IMG/VR virus record: IMGVR_UViG_3300030329_002114
Coordinates: 24,987-88,986 of that record
Length of the DNA stretch: 64,000 bases
Strand: one strand, 5' to 3'
Source of the DNA: a virus
Shown here: positions 56,580-64,000 of the stretch, one piece after another
Layout: each line of letters begins with the position of its first letter
Numbering within the stretch: the first letter of the stretch is position 1
Notes under the pieces: generated by a model
Database searches by the model: none
The model's input: the letters and a program-made list of their open reading frames with translations, nothing else
What the model was told of the DNA's origin: nothing
Made by a program: the position numbers and the translations under genes

Positions 56580-57914
56580 ATGGCAGCTACAGAAAAGCTA
56601 CTAAAAGCTTCTGGTGTACTTTATACGGATAGACGGAATTTTTACGTAGATCCGCAGGTCACTAAGGAGCTATGGACAGACGTTGCACCTTTTACTACAA
56701 TGATTAGTAATCAGGAAATGCGAAATGTCCCAGACCCAATTTTTAAGATGTTTGAACATCGTAATCCTTGGGTAAAACAAGAGTTTCAAGCAGCAGAAGG
56801 AGCAACATTAGATAATGATAATAATGGAGATTCTTTGGAAGTCGATGGAGCAACAAATCTAGCATCTGCACCAGATTCTTCTTGGCTCGGTTTGATTTGT
56901 GAAATATGGAACTCAGACAAAGATACAAACAGAGGTACTGCAGTTATTACAGCTATACCAGAAGCAAATCATATTACTGTAAAAGCATTAACAGGGGCGG
57001 CTATTTCCGTTTCTAATAATGACTATTTTATAGTAGTAGGTAATGCACACGGTGAAGGTAGTTCAGCTCCAGAAGCATGGGCAGATGAACTAGACGTTGT
57101 TTACAATTCTTGTCAGATTTTTAAGACACCTTTACAGGTTACTGGTACTTTAGAAGCAGCAGTACTTCGTGGAGAGTCTTCAGAATTGGCTAGACTTCGT
57201 AGGCAAAAAGCTCAAGAACACAAAATGCAAAAAGAAAAAGCATTTTTGTTTGGTCAAAGATTAGGTGGAACTGGTCTTGGAGATGCAGCATATGATGCTG
57301 GTAATTTAGGATCGGATCCTAATGAAGGTACTTTAGCTGATGGTGGAAGAACTGATACAAATGAAAATTTAATTCGTTCAACATATGGAATTGTTTCAGC
57401 TTTAGAAAAGTATGGTAACTCTACGTCTACACATGATGCACAAAACGTATTTACTGTTGACAGTTCATATGGATACTCAAGCTTCGTAGATGATATGGAA
57501 AAAGTATTTCAGTACATTCCAGAAGCAGGTGTTAAGCGTGCATTCTGTGGTGCTGGTGCTTTGGGTTACTGGTCTAAAATGGCTGGTTCTTCAGGAATAG
57601 CTGGCAACTCAGGTTGGACAGTTTCTCTTGGAGACATGAAGCGTGATTCTCTTGGTTTTAACTACAGAGTACTTGAAACGCCTCACGGTATGTTGCAGTT
57701 GATTCCAACTCCAGCATTGCGTGGGCCTTACAACAAGTATATGGCTGTAGTATCTGATGAAAATCTGTTTCATGCAGTTTATCGCCCATCTATGTATCAG
57801 ACAAACATTAAGACTGATAATGCCTTTGACGGTGTTAAAGATCAGTATATGTCTGATGAAGGTGTTGGTATACAGCTAATTGAAAGTCATCATCTGTTTA
57901 AAATCACAGCGTAA
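56580..57914 (+). CDS. major capsid protein (module B)
   Basis: Homolog of 9992 (KELWTDVAPFTT, LRGESSELARLR, ETPHG). Confidence 0.85.
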   Translation: MAATEKLLKASGVLYTDRRNFYVDPQVTKELWTDVAPFTTMISNQEMRNVPDPIFKMFEHRNPWVKQEFQAAEGATLDNDNNGDSLEVDGATNLASAPDSSWLGLICEIWNSDKDTNRGTAVITAIPEANHITVKALTGAAISVSNNDYFIVVGNAHGEGSSAPEAWADELDVVYNSCQIFKTPLQVTGTLEAAVLRGESSELARLRRQKAQEHKMQKEKAFLFGQRLGGTGLGDAAYDAGNLGSDPNEGTLADGGRTDTNENLIRSTYGIVSALEKYGNSTSTHDAQNVFTVDSSYGYSSFVDDMEKVFQYIPEAGVKRAFCGAGALGYWSKMAGSSGIAGNSGWTVSLGDMKRDSLGFNYRVLETPHGMLQLIPTPALRGPYNKYMAVVSDENLFHAVYRPSMYQTNIKTDNAFDGVKDQYMSDEGVGIQLIESHHLFKITA

Positions 57915-57925
57915 GGAGGCTTAAT

Positions 57926-58324
57926 ATGGCTAGACCTTATTTAGGTGGTTCAAGTGGTGGAATAAAAACGCTTGCATCCGATCAAACTTTAAGCCCTGCA
58001 GATAGCGGTAAAACATTTATATGCTCACAAGCTGGTGCATATGATATTACTTTACCTGCTGTTGGAGACGCTAAAGGTTGGGAAGGCAAATTTATACTTG
58101 GGACTGCAGGTTCAAACGATTTTGATATAATCGGTGGTACTACAGATGTCATGTATGGCGTTGAATGTGGCGATACTAATGTTGTAATAGACGCAGCTGA
58201 TAAAGTTACTTTTGTAGCTAGCAATGCAGTTGTAGGTGAAAGAGCAGACATTGTTTGTGACGGCACCAACTATTATGTTACTATGTATGCAGTTGCAGAT
58301 AACGCAGCAAGCAGCGCAGGTTAA
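57926..58324 (+). CDS. putative capsid decoration protein (module B)
   Basis: MARPYLGGS N-terminus identical to 11312. Confidence 0.65.
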   Translation: MARPYLGGSSGGIKTLASDQTLSPADSGKTFICSQAGAYDITLPAVGDAKGWEGKFILGTAGSNDFDIIGGTTDVMYGVECGDTNVVIDAADKVTFVASNAVVGERADIVCDGTNYYVTMYAVADNAASSAG

Positions 58325-58375
58325 TAAACAAAACGTGTTGGGGGAGTGTAATGCTCCCCTGACATTGAGAATACT

Positions 58376-58639
58376 ATGACACAAAAACAATTAATAGAAA
58401 CAGTAAAGCAACATCATCCTAATTTAGGAGAGACTCAAATACGTATATTTTTAAATAAAGCATATGATGAGTTTTGTCGTAAAACAAAGATGTTAAAAAC
58501 TATGTATACTTTTACATCAGTTGCTAATCAAAGATTTTATGAATTAAGTGATGATATTATTGAGATAAAAAGAGTAGACTATGACGGCTATGAGATACCT
58601 CGTTTAGTTGGAGGGATAGAGAAAACAGATGTCAGTTGA
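58376..58639 (+). CDS. putative adaptor, N-terminal part (module B)
   Basis: Homolog of 11784. Confidence 0.55.
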   Translation: MTQKQLIETVKQHHPNLGETQIRIFLNKAYDEFCRKTKMLKTMYTFTSVANQRFYELSDDIIEIKRVDYDGYEIPRLVGGIEKTDVS

Positions 58640-59024
58640 TCAAAGAACAGCAGCTTTAAAAAAAGTATGGTGGACAGAAAGAGACTCTATTGGTCTCGCA
58701 ATGAAATCAGATACTGATGCTAGTGCTGATTATATATCAATAGATGAGGCAAAGACAGTAACAGTTCATGTAGTTAAGCATGATGAAAATTTTGTTGCTT
58801 CTGGAACAGGGATTGCTTTAGCTGAGTCTCCTGCAATACCAGATGAATTTCACGATGCTTTAGCTAATTATGCTATAGCAAGAGGATATGAGTTGAATCC
58901 TCAAACTTTACAATCAGCTCAATACTTTGAACAGAAATGGAAAGAAGCCATTAGAGAAGGAAAAAAATATGCCAATCAAGATAGAGATGGTTCTCCATAT
59001 CATATAAGGCAATACGACTATTAA
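58629..59024 (+). CDS. putative adaptor, C-terminal part (module B)
   Basis: Homolog of 12125. Confidence 0.6.
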   Translation: MSVDQRTAALKKVWWTERDSIGLAMKSDTDASADYISIDEAKTVTVHVVKHDENFVASGTGIALAESPAIPDEFHDALANYAIARGYELNPQTLQSAQYFEQKWKEAIREGKKYANQDRDGSPYHIRQYDY

Positions 59025-59290
59025 TGAAAGAAACATTTACAGGAACGTCTTACTGGGAAGATATAACTGACACATGGGATTCTATGACATCTTCATCGTA
59101 TCCTCCTACTTGGGATGGCTTAACTTCTTTAACTGAAGCTTCAAGTTTATCAAGAACTTGGACAGAACCTTCTGGTTATTCTCCTAGTTATTCTGATGTT
59201 AGAGCTGCTGCTTTAGGAAAAATGAGAGCTGTTTATGTTGACTTTTTACGTTTAGCTGATGCACCCTCAGTAACATATACGGAATTATAA
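59024..59290 (+). CDS. hypothetical S/T-rich protein, module B only
   Basis: TAATG-coupled on both sides. Confidence 0.55.
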   Translation: MKETFTGTSYWEDITDTWDSMTSSSYPPTWDGLTSLTEASSLSRTWTEPSGYSPSYSDVRAAALGKMRAVYVDFLRLADAPSVTYTEL

Positions 59291-60354
59291 TGAGTTTTAA
59301 AACACAAATAGAAGATTTAATAGGAAGCGTAGGTGATGATGATCTTATTTCAACATCAATACAAGATATAGGTGCTGAGATAATTACAGCCTTGCCAGCG
59401 TCTAAACTTTTACAAGTTGCAAAAACTGCAGCTATTTCATCTGGTGGATTAACTACAGCTGGCAAAAGAGTGCTTGGTGTTGATAAAAGCGATTTACCAG
59501 CTAGGCAAATATCTAGTGCTCAAAAAGCTAAGTTTAATGACACTGCTTCAATTCATGCTGCAAGCGATACAGATCCAGTATACTATATAGAAGATGAAAC
59601 TGTTTTTGTAAATGGAGCTGCAGGGAGTGGAGCTACATCTGGACATCTTCATTATGTACCAAAGATTCCTACTACAGATGGAAGTACAGCGATAGTACAT
59701 GGAAGTTCAGCAGCTGTTAATTTTCCTCAAGAAGCAGAACGGTTACTTGTGCTTGGAGGTGCTGTTAGATGTTTACAAAGATTAATGTCTGATAAAACAT
59801 CCAGTCTTCCTTCTGATATTAATGATGCGGTTTTACCAGTAGCACCATCAGCGCCAACTCTTAGTTCTAATTCAGTTACTTTTACTGCTACAGCTCCAGT
59901 GTATACTGGGCCAGTAGTGGCACCAGATTTTGGATCAGTAACTACATTTATATCCACAGATGAAGATGTTGAATTGGCTTCTGCTAAAATACAGCAAATC
60001 AATTCACAGCTTGGTGAGTATCAAGCTAATATACAAAATGAATTAAATAAATTTAATGATGCAAACGCAGAGTATCAGGCTAGTTTGCAAGTAGCTATTC
60101 AAAATGCACAGCTGTCTTCAGCTGATGATGCTCAATTACTACAGAATTATTCTGCTGATATTCAAAAATATCAAGGAGAGGTATCATCTGTTATTCAAAA
60201 ATTTAATGCAGATTTACAAAATTATTCAGCAAAGATTCAAAAGCATTCTACTGACTATCAATGGAAGCAGGGTCAGTATCAACAATTAAAAGCTGAGTAT
60301 AATCAAGGTTTACAACTATTAGCTGGTGGAGCACCACCACAAAGAGGAGCTTAA
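59290..60354 (+). CDS. virion structural protein with extended coiled coil
   Basis: Homolog of 12538 with P/T linker and Q-rich extension. Confidence 0.6.
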   Translation: MSFKTQIEDLIGSVGDDDLISTSIQDIGAEIITALPASKLLQVAKTAAISSGGLTTAGKRVLGVDKSDLPARQISSAQKAKFNDTASIHAASDTDPVYYIEDETVFVNGAAGSGATSGHLHYVPKIPTTDGSTAIVHGSSAAVNFPQEAERLLVLGGAVRCLQRLMSDKTSSLPSDINDAVLPVAPSAPTLSSNSVTFTATAPVYTGPVVAPDFGSVTTFISTDEDVELASAKIQQINSQLGEYQANIQNELNKFNDANAEYQASLQVAIQNAQLSSADDAQLLQNYSADIQKYQGEVSSVIQKFNADLQNYSAKIQKHSTDYQWKQGQYQQLKAEYNQGLQLLAGGAPPQRGA

Positions 60355-60356
60355 TT

Positions 60357-60827
60357 ATGGCAGATAAAGCAACATCAAATCTAACAGCATCTATTTTTAT
60401 GGATGATATAAAATCATCTTTAAGGGGTTCTTCTAGTTACACACCAGTATCAGGAGACGATGATGCTTGGATGTTTGCAGAAGTTGCAGTGACTCATAGT
60501 GGAACTAATATACTTGATACATCTGATTCTTATTTAGGTTCAGCATCTGCAGTATCTCTTTCTGATAAAGTAAAATGGGTAGCAATAAAGAATATATCCA
60601 CTACATCAACAGAAGGAATAGGCATATCACTTACTGGTGATGCTGCTTATAATACAAATACCACCATGATACTTGGAAACGGTGAAATGTTAGTGATTAA
60701 AGCACCTAATCTTACAGTAGAAGGACTACATGGAAAATCTTGTACACTAGATGCCGATGGCAAACCTAGCGCTCAAGGCACAGCTACAGTAAGTATTCAG
60801 GTAGCAGCTATACTAGAAGATGTTTAA
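60357..60827 (+). CDS. hypothetical beta-rich virion protein, module B only
   Basis: GAGGAG RBS. Confidence 0.65.
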   Translation: MADKATSNLTASIFMDDIKSSLRGSSSYTPVSGDDDAWMFAEVAVTHSGTNILDTSDSYLGSASAVSLSDKVKWVAIKNISTTSTEGIGISLTGDAAYNTNTTMILGNGEMLVIKAPNLTVEGLHGKSCTLDADGKPSAQGTATVSIQVAAILEDV

Positions 60828-60847
60828 TATAGATAAATAATTTAATT

Positions 60848-60888
60848 AACCAAGATGCCCATGAGAATAGTCAAGCTCGGTAAGGCAT
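60848..60888 (+). ncRNA. covarying cis-regulatory RNA motif, copy B
   Basis: Intergenic; matches 13213-13254. Confidence 0.6.
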
Positions 60889-60904
60889 AGAAAGGAGAAA
60901 CAAG

Positions 60905-61273
60905 ATGGCTGGAGGAAAACAAAAATATTCGGTAGTAGAAACAGGTAACATTGGCTTTGGTCAAGTAGGTTCTATTTTTATAAACAGTACAGAGGCAGCA
61001 CACCCACCTACAGATTCTGTATTTGTTGCTATAACATTTTTAGAAGACACTACTTTTGACAGTTCTGGTGGTTTAGTAGCAGAAGACTCAGATCTTTATT
61101 TTAATACTGAAGCTGCAGCACATGGATTATCTGATGGTTCAGAAACAACAACCAAAGGTGCTGGAGGTATTGAAGTAGCAAATACAGATACATTTCCACA
61201 AGGTGCTACTATTTTCGGTAGATGGACTGAAATAGATTTAGCATCAGGTGCAGTAGTAGCTTACATAGGCTAA
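60905..61273 (+). CDS. probable head spike base protein (positional homolog of 13274)
   Basis: Shared QKYSV.E N-terminus; FP.G.TI.GRW..I.L.SG.V.AY C-terminus. Confidence 0.55.
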   Translation: MAGGKQKYSVVETGNIGFGQVGSIFINSTEAAHPPTDSVFVAITFLEDTTFDSSGGLVAEDSDLYFNTEAAAHGLSDGSETTTKGAGGIEVANTDTFPQGATIFGRWTEIDLASGAVVAYIG

Positions 61274-61275
61274 CA

Positions 61276-61413
61276 ATGAGATTAGGTATTTCAGCAAATA
61301 TAGCAAGTATTACAACAGCTATGTCATCTGTTTCTGCTAAAGTCAGAGACTTATGGAATAGCATATCAGATACTTGGCAAAACGAATCCCGTAAATGGGA
61401 AGATATAATTTAG
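61276..61413 (+). CDS. 45-aa protein (homolog 13549-13680)
   Basis: Hand-translated MRLGISANIA...WQNESRKWEDII. Confidence 0.6.
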   Translation: MRLGISANIASITTAMSSVSAKVRDLWNSISDTWQNESRKWEDII

Positions 61414-61423
61414 GAGAATTATT

Positions 61424-62719
61424 ATGGCAGCTTTAGGTTCACAAACAATTGCACAATCTTACGAGCAACTACTACACGTTGATCGAGATGGTGGAGGTGA
61501 TACAACAAATTTAGTAAATGTTAAAGATGGAGACAATGGCACTACCTTTGCTCTTCAGATGTCAACAGACAAAGTTTATGTAAATGGCTCAGTTGGAATC
61601 GGAGTAAATGACCCAGACTCAGAACTAGAAATTTATCACGCTAACGATCCTCAAATAAAACTTTCTATTAACACACATGGAGACGCTGGAATAATTCTTG
61701 CAGACGCTGATGGATTGAAGATATATGGAGAGGGAGCAAGTAACCAAATGAGGTTCCATACTGATAACACAGAAAGAATGAGAATAGATTCTAGTGGAAA
61801 TGTTGGAATAGGTACTACTGGAGCATTAGCAACTTTCCATGTAAAGCATACAACTGATGATACAGATGAAAATGGCAATATAGCTATGACAGTTGGTGGA
61901 GATTCGTCTGGGGAATTAAGACATTACTGGGGTGTAAATAATGCTAGTAATTACGGTTATTATGGAGTTGTAGAACATGGCACAGCATATAGACCTTTAG
62001 CTTTGCAACCAAATGGTTCTTATGTAGGGATTGGGGAAGTTGCTCCAGCAGTAACCTTAGATGTTCACGCTGATACAACTGAAACTGCTGCAGTATTTGG
62101 TCAGGCAGATGATGGAAATTGTTATATAGCTACAAGAGTTGGTGAGGTTCAAAATCGAGTATGTGGATATATATATCAAGTTGGAAGTGCTGCTGTTGCT
62201 GGATATGGTTCAGCAAATACATTAGCCACCATTCTATCTACTGTTAAAAATGATGGTGGAACTTTAGAAGGTGATTTAACTTTTAGCACAAATTCTGGAG
62301 ATAGTCTAACTCCTCATTTTAGAATCGCTGGTAATGGAGACTTAACTGGAACTGATACTGCAATAGGTTCAATATCAGATGAGAGATTTAAAAAGAATAT
62401 AAAAGATTATAATGGAGGACTTGACACAATCAATGCACTTAGACCAGTAACATTTGAACATAAAGTTTCAACAAAGCTAAGAGAAGGAACTCAGAGAGGT
62501 TTTATAGCTCAAGAGGTTGAAAAGGTTGATCCATTTTGGACTAGAAAATCAACTGCAACTGACGAAGATGATTTTTATAATTTAGTTAAAGATGATGGTG
62601 CTGAATATTATATTTCAAAAATTACTGAAAAGGACACTTTGTATGTGTCAGCGATTAAAGAATTATCTGCACAGATTGATGCTTTAACCGCTAGAGTAAA
62701 AGAATTAGAAACTAAATAG
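61424..62719 (+). CDS. tail fibre with peptidase S74 intramolecular chaperone
   Basis: G.VGIG repeats, ERMRIDSSG, SDERFKKNI...LRPVTF...GFIAQEVE, terminal coiled coil. Confidence 0.85.
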   Translation: MAALGSQTIAQSYEQLLHVDRDGGGDTTNLVNVKDGDNGTTFALQMSTDKVYVNGSVGIGVNDPDSELEIYHANDPQIKLSINTHGDAGIILADADGLKIYGEGASNQMRFHTDNTERMRIDSSGNVGIGTTGALATFHVKHTTDDTDENGNIAMTVGGDSSGELRHYWGVNNASNYGYYGVVEHGTAYRPLALQPNGSYVGIGEVAPAVTLDVHADTTETAAVFGQADDGNCYIATRVGEVQNRVCGYIYQVGSAAVAGYGSANTLATILSTVKNDGGTLEGDLTFSTNSGDSLTPHFRIAGNGDLTGTDTAIGSISDERFKKNIKDYNGGLDTINALRPVTFEHKVSTKLREGTQRGFIAQEVEKVDPFWTRKSTATDEDDFYNLVKDDGAEYYISKITEKDTLYVSAIKELSAQIDALTARVKELETK

Positions 62720-62729
62720 AGGTATAAAT

Positions 62730-62978
62730 ATGGCTTTAAAAAGAAAAGAAAAAGTGTACTCCGTTGAAGTAGTTAATGCTCAACAAGGAAGCTACATAAT
62801 TGAAGTAAAAACTTCAACTACTGTATGGGATGGTGATAATCAAGTTGGTGGTGCAAGTTTTTCTACTCATTTTATTAATCCAGAAACAGATTTATCTTCA
62901 GAGGATGCAATAGTTAAAAAAATTGCAGAAGCATTATTTGATGAAGATGTAAAGAAATCTTATAAAGATAAAAAATAA
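62730..62978 (+). CDS. fibre-associated protein
   Basis: Homolog of 15476 without the HeH tail. Confidence 0.6.
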   Translation: MALKRKEKVYSVEVVNAQQGSYIIEVKTSTTVWDGDNQVGGASFSTHFINPETDLSSEDAIVKKIAEALFDEDVKKSYKDKK

Positions 62979-63007
62979 ATACAACGAATAACAAATAGGA
63001 GTTAATA

Positions 63008-63235
63008 ATGGCTGAAAAACAAAAAGAAAAGCCTATAAAACTTTTTGATAAAGAATACAAAGAATCTGATTTAACTGATAATCAAAAAATGATGATTAAT
63101 CATATATCTGATTTGGATAGGAAAATAAGTAGTTCTGAATTTAATCTTACTCAATTGCGTTTTGGAAAACAAGCTTTTGTTGATGCTTTAAAATTAGATT
63201 TAGAAAAAGAAGAAGTTGAGATAGTTGAAGAATAA
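63008..63235 (+). CDS. small coiled-coil protein
   Basis: AGGAG RBS; D.EY...DL.D.QK pattern. Confidence 0.65.
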   Translation: MAEKQKEKPIKLFDKEYKESDLTDNQKMMINHISDLDRKISSSEFNLTQLRFGKQAFVDALKLDLEKEEVEIVEE

Positions 63236-63503
63236 ATTTTTAGTTAAAAAAATAAAAATAAGTTTAAGCATATACATAGTTTCAATTTTAACTCTATGTG
63301 TATTTGCTTTTAGTATGGGATGTAGGGGTTCTTACATATCAGGCTATTCATTAGATCCTGATACTACAAATCATAATTCAACAATCTTTAATGAGATAAT
63401 AGATTCTGATAGTTCTCTACATTGGTATGTAAAATTATACGATGGTGAATTATGGTGCTATTATCACAATCGATATGAAATGGTAAGTCGTGTACGAAGA
63501 TAA
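63225..63503 (+). CDS. membrane or lipoprotein-like protein
   Basis: Homolog of 15853. Confidence 0.6.
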   Translation: MKNKFLVKKIKISLSIYIVSILTLCVFAFSMGCRGSYISGYSLDPDTTNHNSTIFNEIIDSDSSLHWYVKLYDGELWCYYHNRYEMVSRVRR

Positions 63504-63563
63504 AGAAATATATTTTTGGTTAGGTGTGACTGGATTCATTTGGATGTTTATATTGGTAGTTAG

Positions 63564-63911
63564 ATGGCTAATGGGTCTATAGATGGAAAGCCTAAAACCG
63601 CTAGAAGCATACGAGGCGATGTCATTGATGACAATCTCGCCCTCTCTATTAATATTAAGTGGTTGGGTCAGCTTTTGGTACTTGTTGGTGGACTTGTATA
63701 CGCAGCTTGGCGTGTCGAAAATCGTATCACAGTACTGGAACAAAGGATGGCTGAAGCTAATGATCAAATATCCGAACTTGTTTCAAAACATATATCTGAA
63801 GAACGTGTTAGATATGAAAAAATGGAAGAGGAGTTACAATGGTATCAAAAGGAACTAGGCTTAAACCTAAATCCGTTAAGCTGGAAACGAAAAAAGAAAA
63901 AATCAAAGTAA
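63564..63911 (+). CDS. membrane coiled-coil protein
   Basis: Near-identical to 16207-16545. Confidence 0.7.
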   Translation: MANGSIDGKPKTARSIRGDVIDDNLALSINIKWLGQLLVLVGGLVYAAWRVENRITVLEQRMAEANDQISELVSKHISEERVRYEKMEEELQWYQKELGLNLNPLSWKRKKKKSK

Positions 63912-63916
63912 TTGGA

Positions 63917-64000
63917 TTTATGGAAGTTTGTGCAAAGGTAGAGTCTATAATAAGAGGCAATGGAAATAATTAATGGAAGAATTTTTAGCATTATACTCCG
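63917..64000 (+). repeat. 84-bp exact repeat of 16551-16634, running to the window end
   Basis: Base-by-base identity; offset 47366 bp. Confidence 0.95.

Noticed and set aside
1-64000. Tandem integrated prophages or stop-codon recoding
   Set aside because: No integrase, att sites or host genes; genes are full length and tightly packed in the standard code

Overview
The whole window is low-GC, tailed-phage DNA with podovirus/P22-like head genes and strong AGGAG Shine-Dalgarno sites. I found no host genes, integrase, rRNA, tRNA or CRISPR. Layout: 1-3.8 kb minus-strand early genes including a ParB-domain protein; 4.0-34.0 kb plus-strand virion, lysis and ejection operon (module A head) ending in a 3030-aa protein; 34.1-48.2 kb minus-strand replication and early genes; 48.5-64 kb a second, diverged copy of the packaging/head/fibre operon (module B) that converges to 100% identity with 16551-16634 at the window end. 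The span of about 16.6-64 kb therefore looks like one complete 47.4-kb genome joined to part of a relative, either by chimeric assembly or by real recombination. The top finding is that the 3030-aa protein looks like a virion-packaged single-chain two-barrel RNA polymerase (TDG...K...K, RTP...GADKDGD) with DUF4326-like and AlkB dioxygenase domains inserted in its core. A 14-bp motif, TTCCTTTATNTNTG, often with a GGC hairpin, recurs ten times in the early region and is its candidate promoter. Other findings are several covarying non-coding RNA structures shared by the two phages, a histone-fold/AbrB gene pair, and C-terminally tagged cargo genes. All protein calls come from motif recognition by eye; no database searches were run.
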